Below, piece by piece: positions 47,463-57,313 of a DNA stretch of 64,000 bases. Each line of letters begins with the position of its first letter. Within the stretch, counting starts at the first letter, position 1. The stretch lies in NCBI GenBank assembly GCA_039832695.1, contig JBDOMM010000038.1, forward strand, positions 265 to 64,264, read 5' to 3'. Origin of the DNA: Bacillus sp. (in: firmicutes). Its GTDB lineage: Bacteria > Bacillota > Bacilli > Bacillales > Cytobacillaceae. Under the pieces are notes generated by a model. That model was not told the origin of the DNA. It searched no databases and saw nothing but the letters and a program-made list of their open reading frames with translations. Made by a program: the position numbers and the translations under genes.

Positions 47463-50066
47463 TTATACTCCTTTAAAAGCTCGTTGATAAATTTCAGCTA
47501 GTTCACTCACAAATGGCTGTTTTGGATTGGCGATGGTATCTTGATCATCAAATGCTCGTTCTGCCATTTCAAGAACCTTGCTTTCGAATACGGACTTAGA
47601 AACACCATTTCCCTCTATACTCATTTGAATATCTAATTCTTTAGCAAGTTTGGTAATAGCATGAATTAAGCTCTCGATTCCTTCTTCCGTTGTACTAGCA
47701 GGCAATCCTAGTATTTTGGCAATTTCACAATAGCGTTTATCAGCAATAAAGTATTCATATTTAGGATACGTCATAAATTTATTTGGTTTAGCTGAATTGT
47801 ACCGTATCACATGTGGTAAAAGAATTGCATTGGCACGTCCATGTGGAATAGTAAATTCGGCACCAAGTACGTGTGCTAAGCTATGGTTAATTCCTAAAAA
47901 TGAATTAGCGAATGCCATTCCAGCTATGGTTGATGCATTATGCATTTTTTCTCGAGCTAATTCGTCACTTCCATCCCGATATGCTCTTGGCAAATACTCA
48001 AAGACCAACTGAATGGCTTTTAAGGCCAAGCCGTCCGTATAATCATTTGCTAAAACAGAGACATATGCTTCAATAGCATGGGTCAATACATCCATCCCTG
48101 TATCAGCAGTCACATGTTTTGGAACAGACATTACAAACTGTGGGTCAATAATTGCCACATCCGGTGTTAGTTGAAAATCTGCAAGCGGGTATTTAATGTT
48201 TGCTTTTTTATCCGTAATAACAGAAAAGGCTGTTACTTCTGAACCTGTACCTGAAGTCGTTGGAATGGCAACAAATTTTGCTTTCCCACGTAGAACTGGG
48301 AATTTAACCACTCGCTTATTCGGATCAAAGAATTTTTTAGTCAAACTATGGAAATCTGTCTCTGGATGTTCGTAAAACAACCACATTGCTTTTGCGGCAT
48401 CCATGACCGACCCGCCACCGAGGGCAATAACGACATCAGGTTGAAAACCTCTCATTCTATCTGCGCCCTTCATAACTGTCTCAATACTAGGCTCTGGTTC
48501 AATTTCAGAAAATATCTCATATTGAACCTTATTTGGATTCTTATCAAGATAATAAATAACCTTGTCTACAAAACCATTTCCCAAAGAGCTTCCGCTTGTA
48601 ACAAGAAATGCTTTCGAAATTTTCGGGATAGAGGCAAGCATCTGAATTGAATTTTTCTCGAAGAATATCTGGGATGGGACCTTAAACCATTGTGTAAATG
48701 TTCGTCTTTTGGCTACCTTTTTAATATTGATAAGATTAGCTGCTCCAACATTCTGTGACACTGAATTTCCTCCATAGGATCCACATCCTATCGTTAAGGA
48801 CGGGAGTGAAGTGTTATAGATATCACCGATGGCTCCATGGGTAGAAGGAGTGTTGACAATAATACGGCCTGCCTTCATGCGCATTGCGAATCTATCAACT
48901 AGAGTTTGGTCAGCTGTATGTATGGCTGCAGAATGTCCAAGTCCCCCATACTCCAGCGTTTCTTCCGCAATCAATAACCCTTCCGAAAAACTATCAACCT
49001 TATAGCAGGCTAGGATTGGACTGAGTTTTTCACAAGAAAGTGGAAATTTTGGACCTACCCCCTCTAATTCAGCAATTAGAATCTTCGTATTTACAGGAAC
49101 ATTCACTCCTGCCATTTTTGCAATCATGTAAGCTGGTAAACCAACGATTAATTGATTAATAGAATTCGTTTTCTCGAAAATGGCCACTTTTTCTATGAGT
49201 TTTCGTTCTTCTTCATTTAGGAAATAGCACTGATTTTCAATCATTACCTGTTTTACTTCATTGTAAATTTCTTGATCAATGATCAGTGCTTGTTCTGAAG
49301 CACAAATCATTCCATTATCGAAGGTTTTAGATAAAATTACATCATTGACTGCTCGTTTGATGTTTGCAGTTTTCTCAATATAACAAGGAACATTCCCTGC
49401 TCCAACACCTATTGCTGGTTTACCAGAGCTATAAGCAGCTTTTACCAAATTAGGTCCACCTGTTGCTAAGATGAGGGAAATCTTTGGATGTATCATTAGA
49501 GCTTGGAAGGCTTCGTGAGAAGGTAACTCAATCCATTGAATACAATTCTCAGGAGCGCCTGCCCGTATGGCGGCATTCTTTAATAAGGAGGCAGTCTCTG
49601 TGCAGCATTGTTGAGCATATTTAGGAAAGGCAAAAATGATAGGGTTTCTTGTTTTAAGTGAAATAAGAGATTTGAAGATTACAGTTGATGTTGGATTGGT
49701 AATTGGAATGACACCTGCGATGACACCTACTGGTTCAGCCATCTCTACCATTCCTTCATTTTCGTTTTCGCTAATGACACCTACTGTTTTCATATCCCTT
49801 ATATTGTTGTAGATAAATTCTGTAGCAAACATATTTTTAAAAACCTTGTCTTCGTAAACTCCTCTTCTTGTTTCATTTACAGCGAGTTTTGCTAAATGCC
49901 TATGATTTTCAAGTGCAGTAACAGCCATTTGCTTAATAATTTCATCAACCATCTCTTGGGTAAAACAGCGAAAGGCTTCAAGTGCTTTTACCGCGTTATT
50001 TGCTAACGAGTCAATCATCGCCGCAACCGTTTGGGTTTCAAGTACCACTCTTTCTTCTACTGACAT
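47463..50066 (-). CDS. adhE: Bifunctional acetaldehyde-CoA/alcohol dehydrogenase
   Basis: PITNPTST, GMICASEQ, GCGSYGGNS linker, GGGSVMDAAK, PTTSGTGSE, HSLAH. Confidence 0.93.
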   Translation of the reverse strand: MSVEERVVLETQTVAAMIDSLANNAVKALEAFRCFTQEMVDEIIKQMAVTALENHRHLAKLAVNETRRGVYEDKVFKNMFATEFIYNNIRDMKTVGVISENENEGMVEMAEPVGVIAGVIPITNPTSTVIFKSLISLKTRNPIIFAFPKYAQQCCTETASLLKNAAIRAGAPENCIQWIELPSHEAFQALMIHPKISLILATGGPNLVKAAYSSGKPAIGVGAGNVPCYIEKTANIKRAVNDVILSKTFDNGMICASEQALIIDQEIYNEVKQVMIENQCYFLNEEERKLIEKVAIFEKTNSINQLIVGLPAYMIAKMAGVNVPVNTKILIAELEGVGPKFPLSCEKLSPILACYKVDSFSEGLLIAEETLEYGGLGHSAAIHTADQTLVDRFAMRMKAGRIIVNTPSTHGAIGDIYNTSLPSLTIGCGSYGGNSVSQNVGAANLINIKKVAKRRTFTQWFKVPSQIFFEKNSIQMLASIPKISKAFLVTSGSSLGNGFVDKVIYYLDKNPNKVQYEIFSEIEPEPSIETVMKGADRMRGFQPDVVIALGGGSVMDAAKAMWLFYEHPETDFHSLTKKFFDPNKRVVKFPVLRGKAKFVAIPTTSGTGSEVTAFSVITDKKANIKYPLADFQLTPDVAIIDPQFVMSVPKHVTADTGMDVLTHAIEAYVSVLANDYTDGLALKAIQLVFEYLPRAYRDGSDELAREKMHNASTIAGMAFANSFLGINHSLAHVLGAEFTIPHGRANAILLPHVIRYNSAKPNKFMTYPKYEYFIADKRYCEIAKILGLPASTTEEGIESLIHAITKLAKELDIQMSIEGNGVSKSVFESKVLEMAERAFDDQDTIANPKQPFVSELAEIYQRAFKGV

Positions 50067-50150
50067 CTTCATTCCCTCCAAACACATTTACTCCTATTGG
50101 CTAAAATATATCATTTAGAAATTCCGAAAATTGTCGAATCATGCAAGAAA

Positions 50151-50170
50151 ACGAATGAGTACTCATTCAT
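50151..50170. promoter_or_regulatory. FadR(YsiA)-like TetR operator upstream of adhE
   Basis: ACGAATGAGTACTCATTCAT; perfect 16-bp palindrome GAATGAGTACTCATTC; close to the WTGAATGAMTANTCATTCAN consensus. Confidence 0.7.
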
Positions 50171-50257
50171 TTCATAGAATGTTCAAAAATTGGAGGAACT
50201 CTTTCCAAAATAAAAAGAGGCCGACTTAAATGAGTCAGCCTCCGATTCAGTTGGGTA

Positions 50258-53014
50258 TCAGCCAGTATTCCTTAATCCAGCAGATATACCACTTATAGTT
50301 AGAAGAACTTGTGTGAGCAATTCATCATTCTCTCCTTCTTGTTTCCTTAATTCTTTAATTAACTCAACTTGAAGGTGGTTTAATGGGTCAACATAAGGAT
50401 TACGTCTATGAACCGATTCTTGAATATTTGGAGTATGATCCAGCAATTCATTATCCCCTGTTATTTTCAATAAAATAGCTTTCGTTCTTTCATATTCTTC
50501 TAAAATATTCGTAAAAATTCTATCTGAGATTGCTTTATCTTGAACAAGAGTTAAATATTCCTTCGCAGTGGTAATATCAGCTTTCATTAACGCCATGTGT
50601 AAATTATCAATCGTTGATCGAAAAAATGGCCACTTCTCATACATTTGTTGTAAGAGCTGAAGATTTCCAGCACTTTTTGAAGCAAAAGTGTCTAGTCCAG
50701 TTCCAGCAGCATACCATGCAGGAAGCAATTGCCTGCTTTGTGTCCACGCAAACACCCATGGAATTGCCCTTAAATCCTCAAAACGACCTCGATTTTTTCT
50801 ACTCATTGGTCTTGAACCAATATTTAGGTCACCTAATTCCCTTAATGGTGTTGCTTCATTAAAGTATGTTAAGAAGTCTGGATCTCCAAATACTAATGAT
50901 TGATATTTCCCCAAAGAAATACCCGCAATTTCTTCAATGGTTTCTTCCCAAATAGGATCTCGGTGATATCCTGACTCTTTTGATACATGTGTTGCTGCAA
51001 GCAGTAAGGTAGATGTCGCCTGCTCTAGACTACGGTAAGCAATATCCTCAAGCAAATACCTTGACGATAATACTTCCCCCTGTTCGGTAATCTTTACACC
51101 ATCTCCAATTGTTTCAGCCGGTTGAGATAAGATGCTCTTATTTAATGGACCGCCGCCACGGCCAAGCGAACCACCGCGGCCGTGGAAGAATTTAAGGCCA
51201 ATATCATACTGCTTAGCCATTTTATGAATTTCAATTTGGGCTCTATACAGCTTCCAATTGGCAGTAAGTGTTCCACCATCTTTGCTACCATCAGAGTATC
51301 CTAGCATGATTTCCTGTTGGTCCCCTAAAATTTTCAAATGATTGCGGTACAATGGCATTTCAAAGAGAGTTTCCATAATCTTAGGACCCGCAACAAGGTC
51401 ATCAATTGTTTCCAGCAATGGAGCTACATTTAAATGACTTTCTAAAGTGCCGTCTGCGTGAAGTCGATAAATTCCTGCCTCTTTTGCAAGAACTAGAACT
51501 TCAAGCAAGTCACTTGGTGATTTAGTCATACTAACAAGGTAGACAGAAATGGATCGTTTCCCAAACACTTCATGTGCCTCTTTGATCATTTGGAATACTT
51601 TAATCATTTCTTGCGTTTCCGCAGAATAATCTTCATTCAAAAGTAGCACAGGGCGTGGATCCATTAAGATATTTTGTAAAATCTTTATTTTTTCTTCTTC
51701 AAGTAGTTCCGCATAGTTTTCAGTAATTCTTACTTTGCGAAGAATCTCTGTAATAGCCGCTTCGTGTTCCCCACTATGGTTACGAATATCCAATGTTGCT
51801 AAATGGAAGCCAAATAACTGAACTTGACGAATCAGCTTCTGAATAATTTTTAATTCATGCGCAGCAGGGTGATGCATCTTTAAACTTCTTTTAATAAGAT
51901 ATAAGTCTTCTAATAATTCCTCTGCAGATTTATATCCTAATTCTGAGGACCCTACATGCTTAACTCGTTCAATAATAAGTGCAAAGGCCCGACGATACAC
52001 TTCCGCTTTATTAGGCCATTTTTTCTCTTCTTTTAAGTAAATATCTTCTTTTTCTTCGATAAAAGTAAGTAATTCTTCACTAACCTCTACACGTGTAGTG
52101 GCCTGGCTGTATCTCTTCATTAGGTCGACTAATACATTCTTATACTTCTTTAGTACCAATCTTCTTTGTTTATTTAAGGTTTCCCATGTGACCTCGTGGG
52201 TAACATTCGGGTTGCCGTCACGGTCTCCGCCGATCCATGAACCGAAACGAAGGAAATTAGGAACTTCCCATGCAGCATGAGAATAATACTTACCTAAATT
52301 GTCGGCCACTTCCTGGTGTATCTCCGGAAGCACCTCAAAAAGTGTTTGATCAAAATAATACAATCCATTTCTTACTTCATCCAACACAGTTGGCTTATGC
52401 TGACGCAGTTCATCGGTTTGCCATAGAATCGTCACTTCATTAAACAAGCTTTCTTCAAGCTTTTTTCTTTCCCTGCTAGTTAACAAAGGATGATCTAGAC
52501 TTTTTAAGATGTCAGCGATTCGCTGTTGAATTTCAAGAATGGAGCGCTTAGTCGCCTCAGTTGGATGAGCCGTGATGACCAATTCTAAGGATAGCGTATG
52601 TAAAACTTTTTGAATCACATCTTCATTAATATCATTCTCTTTAAGAGAAAGAATCGCACTCTCAATGGATGCAGGCTGTACAATATTATCATCTTGAAGC
52701 TGATATTCCCTCCGTCTTCTGATGCGATGGTTTTGTTCAGCTGCGTTTATCAAATGGAAATACATAGAAAAAGCACGGATAATTTGTCTTCTCATCGGAG
52801 AGCTTAGATTAGCGATTTCTTCTTTTAAATTAGTATAAATTTCTTGATCAAAGTGAGTTCTTAAAGTCTTTGACATCAATCTAATTTTCTCTACTTTTTC
52901 GAATAATTCAGATCCACCATGATTGACAAGAATTTCACCAAGCATTTTTCCAAGTAATTTCACATCACGACGCAACGGAAGACTGCTGTCATTTACTTTT
53001 AATTCTGTTGCCAT
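50258..53014 (-). CDS. ppc: Phosphoenolpyruvate carboxylase
   Basis: VITAHPTE, SWIGGDRDGNP, MLGYSDGSKDGG, FHGRGGSLGRGG, LRAIPWVFAWTQ, GLRNTG. Confidence 0.97.
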   Translation of the reverse strand: MATELKVNDSSLPLRRDVKLLGKMLGEILVNHGGSELFEKVEKIRLMSKTLRTHFDQEIYTNLKEEIANLSSPMRRQIIRAFSMYFHLINAAEQNHRIRRRREYQLQDDNIVQPASIESAILSLKENDINEDVIQKVLHTLSLELVITAHPTEATKRSILEIQQRIADILKSLDHPLLTSRERKKLEESLFNEVTILWQTDELRQHKPTVLDEVRNGLYYFDQTLFEVLPEIHQEVADNLGKYYSHAAWEVPNFLRFGSWIGGDRDGNPNVTHEVTWETLNKQRRLVLKKYKNVLVDLMKRYSQATTRVEVSEELLTFIEEKEDIYLKEEKKWPNKAEVYRRAFALIIERVKHVGSSELGYKSAEELLEDLYLIKRSLKMHHPAAHELKIIQKLIRQVQLFGFHLATLDIRNHSGEHEAAITEILRKVRITENYAELLEEEKIKILQNILMDPRPVLLLNEDYSAETQEMIKVFQMIKEAHEVFGKRSISVYLVSMTKSPSDLLEVLVLAKEAGIYRLHADGTLESHLNVAPLLETIDDLVAGPKIMETLFEMPLYRNHLKILGDQQEIMLGYSDGSKDGGTLTANWKLYRAQIEIHKMAKQYDIGLKFFHGRGGSLGRGGGPLNKSILSQPAETIGDGVKITEQGEVLSSRYLLEDIAYRSLEQATSTLLLAATHVSKESGYHRDPIWEETIEEIAGISLGKYQSLVFGDPDFLTYFNEATPLRELGDLNIGSRPMSRKNRGRFEDLRAIPWVFAWTQSRQLLPAWYAAGTGLDTFASKSAGNLQLLQQMYEKWPFFRSTIDNLHMALMKADITTAKEYLTLVQDKAISDRIFTNILEEYERTKAILLKITGDNELLDHTPNIQESVHRRNPYVDPLNHLQVELIKELRKQEGENDELLTQVLLTISGISAGLRNTG

Positions 53015-53156
53015 ACCATTCACCTTCCCTTAGTCAAAAAATTCGCTAAATTTTTATATATAAATATAACATAAATTTACCCATCATGTGAAAGAAATAA
53101 CTTACTTTTTTAAAAAAAGAAAAAAAACTGCACCAAGCAGGCTTTGAAAATAGGAA

Positions 53157-54239
53157 TTATGCTTTTCTATCAATGACTAGTACATAGGTTTTCCGATCAT
53201 CATCACTGTAGGATACTACAACAGAAATAACCGTTTTGTTATCATCATCTAACTTAATAGTTTTGCTTGTGCTACCTTCAATTAAAATGGTGGAATTGCT
53301 GTAGTTTGCTTTTGGGGCTATTGTGATAGAATCAACATTACTGTCGACAGCCACATGATACGTAAATTCATTAGCAGAAAATGCACTGTCCCATGTACCT
53401 ACATTAACTGTTAATGAGGAAAGAGTTGCTTTACTGACTTTAGCTGCTACGGAGCTATTACTTTGTTGGTTCATAGTTGGTAGAAAAGAATTGGTTCTAT
53501 TATTTTGGGATGCAGTGGATGACTTCAAGATAGACGATCCATCTCTGGTCACATTTAATGTATAGGTCCTTTTTTCACCATTTTCTGCGGTAACAACAAT
53601 AAGTATGACCGTTTTTCCGACTGGTAATTCTTCGGTGGTACTATCTCCTTTTAAGTTAGACCCATTTACCTGAATACTTGATGTGGGTTCAGCTGCAGTG
53701 GGTGTGATAGTAAGAGAAGGAACGTCGTTTGCTACTTCCACATCATACACGGACACGTCAGATGAAAAGACTGGTGTGAGCTTTCCATTTGATAATTCGA
53801 TATTTTTCAAGAGATTATTAGCGTTTTGTTTTCTAGTGACGGTAAGGGTGTAGGTGTTCGCTGGATGGGTACCGTTAGTCACTGTAATGAGGAATTTGTT
53901 TTCTCCTGTTTGAAGTGAAAAGGTGCTAGCTATACCGCTCTTTATCGACGTGTCATTAATTGTAATAACGGAATCTGGATTGCTACTTTCAACGAGTAGA
54001 GTCATTTCCTTTGTCTGATTGTCAACATTGGCGGAGTATTCTTTCACATCTGTTGTAAAATCACGATTGAGTTTAACCCCTTCAATTTGCAAGTTTGAAA
54101 GTGTATTCCAAGATTCATTCTCCTGTACAACAACTGTACTTTCAGCAAAGGCTGTAGGTATGTAAGAGTAATTCCCTATTCCAACTATAGAAGCAATCAT
54201 GATCATGTTTATTCGTTTTTTTGATTTCTTCGGAAACAT
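53157..54239 (-). CDS. Secreted protein with three cadherin-like beta-sandwich repeats
   Basis: Signal peptide; repeated L..L.....F......Y...V ... TY.L.V.R units; S/N/T-rich linker. Confidence 0.8.
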   Translation of the reverse strand: MFPKKSKKRINMIMIASIVGIGNYSYIPTAFAESTVVVQENESWNTLSNLQIEGVKLNRDFTTDVKEYSANVDNQTKEMTLLVESSNPDSVITINDTSIKSGIASTFSLQTGENKFLITVTNGTHPANTYTLTVTRKQNANNLLKNIELSNGKLTPVFSSDVSVYDVEVANDVPSLTITPTAAEPTSSIQVNGSNLKGDSTTEELPVGKTVILIVVTAENGEKRTYTLNVTRDGSSILKSSTASQNNRTNSFLPTMNQQSNSSVAAKVSKATLSSLTVNVGTWDSAFSANEFTYHVAVDSNVDSITIAPKANYSNSTILIEGSTSKTIKLDDDNKTVISVVVSYSDDDRKTYVLVIDRKA

Positions 54240-54362
54240 ACTTTTTCCTCCCGCAACAATAATTTAGACTAACATTATCACTGGAGGCTTAAGAAAAACT
54301 TAACTTTTTACCCATAGCAAAAAAAAATGACTCATTCGCCTTGAACAAGTCATACTTTCTTC

Positions 54363-54815
54363 CTATCTTCTATTAAATTCTTCTAATTTAGTAGAAATAG
54401 CTACTGCCACTTCTTCATCAGATTTTTGAATGGCTTTTTTAAAGAGTGTATTAGCAAGCGTTCCCATAGGACCGGTGGCATTAATTTCAAGGAACCCTGT
54501 CACTCGTGTTTTATTTCTATTCATTGCTTTTGCTTCGAAATATCCTTCACCTAAGTATTTTTCATTGGAACGTTTTAATTCAAAGCTTACCCTTGCCGGC
54601 TCATTCCACTCAATATTGTCAATAATTAAACTAACCTTTTTCTTCATAATGCCTAGGAGGTCGCTTTTGAACTCCCAGAAGATTTGGTTGTCGTTTACTA
54701 CTTCATGTTGAATATAACCCGGAACCAATGGTGCCCAGTTACTTGGATCCCGAATAAATCTCCAGATTACATCAATTGGGATATCTAATTCTACATGTTG
54801 TAATTCACTTGGCAT
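54363..54815 (-). CDS. SRPBCC/CoxG-family protein
   Basis: IDVIWRFI.DPSNWAPLVPG START-like motif; start refined to 54815. Confidence 0.8.
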   Translation of the reverse strand: MPSELQHVELDIPIDVIWRFIRDPSNWAPLVPGYIQHEVVNDNQIFWEFKSDLLGIMKKKVSLIIDNIEWNEPARVSFELKRSNEKYLGEGYFEAKAMNRNKTRVTGFLEINATGPMGTLANTLFKKAIQKSDEEVAVAISTKLEEFNRR

Positions 54816-54919
54816 TTGTATCCCTCTTTCATAATCAAAGTAAAAGACCTTCAAGTATGTGAAGGTCCTTTTAAAAATATATATGTTTAATAAACAGTTT
54901 ATAGAAGAAATAATCAAAA

Positions 54920-55546
54920 CTAACTAATGGATGCAAGAAAAAAGTTGAGATGGTTCTCCATCTTATATTCTACTTCCCCTGTATCTTTGTTGTCGTACTT
55001 CAGGAGTAGATATTCTGTCATCATTGTAAATAACGGATACTGATACTCTATGGCCAAAATTCTTGCATTTTGCTGACTAAGCTTTCCTTCCTTGATGAAG
55101 TTCTGAAACGCCATTTCCAAGAACTCAATAGTTCCATTATATACATCATTCATAATAATCTCTCTAGCCCTTTGGTCACGAAATTGCTCAATATTTAGTA
55201 TTCTCCACATTTTTTCGTGCAACGGTTCTTCAACAGCCTGTTTAAAATGAATGATCCCCTGGGTTAAAAATTGGTTGATTGTCACACTTTTACTAATAGC
55301 CTCTAGGGTAAGCAAATTAGGCCTTGTTTTGGAATGGTGTTCACGAAATAACGCATAAATCCATTCTAAAATTTCATCCTTTGACTTAAAGTGATTATAT
55401 AAAGCACTTTCTTTTATCCCAACGACTTTGGTAAGCTCCCGAACGGATACGGCAGAAAAACCTTTATGAGAAAATAGTTCAATTGAAGCCACAAGGATTT
55501 TATATTTTGTACTGTTTACATCAAGGTCTGTTACTGGATGATTCAT
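54920..55546 (-). CDS. TetR/AcrR-family regulator
   Basis: ELFSHKGFSAVSVREL..VGIKESALYNHFKSKDEIL. Confidence 0.93.
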   Translation of the reverse strand: MNHPVTDLDVNSTKYKILVASIELFSHKGFSAVSVRELTKVVGIKESALYNHFKSKDEILEWIYALFREHHSKTRPNLLTLEAISKSVTINQFLTQGIIHFKQAVEEPLHEKMWRILNIEQFRDQRAREIIMNDVYNGTIEFLEMAFQNFIKEGKLSQQNARILAIEYQYPLFTMMTEYLLLKYDNKDTGEVEYKMENHLNFFLASIS

Positions 55547-55562
55547 CCGAAAAAACTCCCTT

Positions 55563-56339
55563 TTATTTCATTGTCAATAACAAAAGCTGTACCACAAGCT
55601 GAAGGTCCATAAGAAAATGAGCAATCGCAATGGGCAATAAGCGATTAGTTTTAGAGTAAATCAACCCTAAAATCAGAGCTAATGGTAAAAAGGATAAAAA
55701 CCGCCACATCATGTAAGGTCCATCAAAAACTAATGGTAAGGCAACATGTTGGAAAGCCAAGAACAATCCCGATAGTAGAATGGCTAACCACAGTTTTCCT
55801 GACCTTTCCTTTATCCTTGGAAGTGCGTAGCCAATATATGTGGGCGTTTCCACAAGACCATTGGAGATGGGAAACAAAACTAAGGCTATTGCAGCTGCCC
55901 ACAATGGAAGCTTTTGAAACATCACTTCTGGTGGTGTAAAGGATCCTAATAATATATAAGAGAATAGAAACAAGGGAATAGCCCCTGCAAGAAAACCAAC
56001 AACAATGAGCGATAACGTTTCAAGTGTATCTTTTTTTGCCCGGCCTTTTTTGTAGTTAAAAATGGAAAGATACGAATAGCCTTCCATTTTCAAGAAACTC
56101 CTTAAAATGAGAAAAGTAACAATATTGGCGAATATGGCTTGAAATGGCCACCATTTCTCCGCTTCATGTAGGGGAGAACTTTTTCCTGCCAGGGCAAAGA
56201 TCCCAACGAATAGGGCACCAAATATGATAAATAAAATCGTTCTCATTACTAATGAGATGACAATTCTTCCGCCCATGTTGTTCTCATAATTTACTGTCCT
56301 CACCTGGATACTATTCGAACTCAATAATTCCTTTTTCAT
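55563..56339 (-). CDS. CPBP (Abi/CAAX)-family intramembrane protease-like protein
   Basis: VETPTYIGY (EE motif degenerate), FLAFQH, IAHFLMD; multi-TM. Confidence 0.7.
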   Translation of the reverse strand: MKKELLSSNSIQVRTVNYENNMGGRIVISLVMRTILFIIFGALFVGIFALAGKSSPLHEAEKWWPFQAIFANIVTFLILRSFLKMEGYSYLSIFNYKKGRAKKDTLETLSLIVVGFLAGAIPLFLFSYILLGSFTPPEVMFQKLPLWAAAIALVLFPISNGLVETPTYIGYALPRIKERSGKLWLAILLSGLFLAFQHVALPLVFDGPYMMWRFLSFLPLALILGLIYSKTNRLLPIAIAHFLMDLQLVVQLLLLTMK

Positions 56340-56373
56340 GTTACACCTCTTGGAATAATTTTCATATCTCCAA

Positions 56374-56391
56374 TGAATTAACGTTCGTTCA
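56374..56391. promoter_or_regulatory. Operator copy 1 (TGAATTAACGTTCGTTCA)
   Basis: 16 bp identical to 57290-57305; imperfect palindrome TGAA..AACGTT..TTCA. Confidence 0.65.
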
Positions 56392-56409
56392 CAAGGTCCG
56401 CAAAAAAAA

Positions 56410-57243
56410 TTAGGTTTGGAACAATTCTCCTTGAACGGCTCTAATATATCGATCAGCTGATAATTGAACGGATTGATTTGCATCTTCCTTTACAGTCTTA
56501 TGAAAGGCATTATAAATTCGATTAAATGATAAGGGCTTAACCTTCTCTGCTATCTCTCTAACTGTTTTAGCAGGTAATGGAATCAAGTTAGGATAACTAT
56601 ACATAAAGCTTACCCACTTTCTATCGGCCACTACTTGAATGATATCTCCTGTTAAAAGGACGCCCTTCCCTTCGCTTCCATCCTCCCAGTGTAAAACAGC
56701 TCCACCTTTAAAATGTCCGCCTAATCTGTGAATAGTCATTCCCTCATGTAAGACTAGCTTTTCTCCAGACCATAGAATAATATGATCACTTGGATTCACA
56801 ATCCACTCCTTGTCATCCTCATGGATGTATATAGGGACATCAAATGCTTTTGCCCACTCAATCTGTGCTGAATAATAATGGGGATGTGAAAGAGCAATCG
56901 CGTTAATTCCTCCCATTTGATGAATCTCCTCAATCACTCTTTCATCAATATAGGTTATACAATCCCATAATACATTAAAGTCATTTCCTTTGATGAAGTA
57001 AGCTGTTTGACCGATTCCAAAAGAAGGTGACGTGGTGATACTGTACAAGTTTTCCTCTTCTAATAGAATTTTATATTTATATTGTTGTGACTCAATTAAC
57101 TTCTCTAGTGTTGTCCAGTCTTGCCCATTCGGGTTTACATATTGTCTTTCTTCCTCACAAATCATGCAAGAGCGAGGCGGACATGCGGAGTCTGGATATT
57201 GTGTTCCACACGTTGTGCACACAAATTTATTCACAAGGATCAT
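56410..57243 (-). CDS. MBL-fold hydrolase with N-terminal CxxC/CxxC zinc site (YmaE-like)
   Basis: CTTCG, CMIC, LSHPHYY, GGHFKGG, TGD. Confidence 0.8.
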   Translation of the reverse strand: MILVNKFVCTTCGTQYPDSACPPRSCMICEEERQYVNPNGQDWTTLEKLIESQQYKYKILLEEENLYSITTSPSFGIGQTAYFIKGNDFNVLWDCITYIDERVIEEIHQMGGINAIALSHPHYYSAQIEWAKAFDVPIYIHEDDKEWIVNPSDHIILWSGEKLVLHEGMTIHRLGGHFKGGAVLHWEDGSEGKGVLLTGDIIQVVADRKWVSFMYSYPNLIPLPAKTVREIAEKVKPLSFNRIYNAFHKTVKEDANQSVQLSADRYIRAVQGELFQT

Positions 57244-57287
57244 CCTTTCTTTAAACCAATTTGGATTTTTTTACCACTATTAATATA

Positions 57288-57313
57288 TTAATTAACGTTC
57301 GTTCATATGTCAA
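57288..57313 (-). promoter_or_regulatory. sigA promoter with operator copy 2 in the -35/-10 spacer
   Basis: TTGACA (57313-57308)-TATGAACGAACGTTAAT-TAATAT. Confidence 0.7.
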
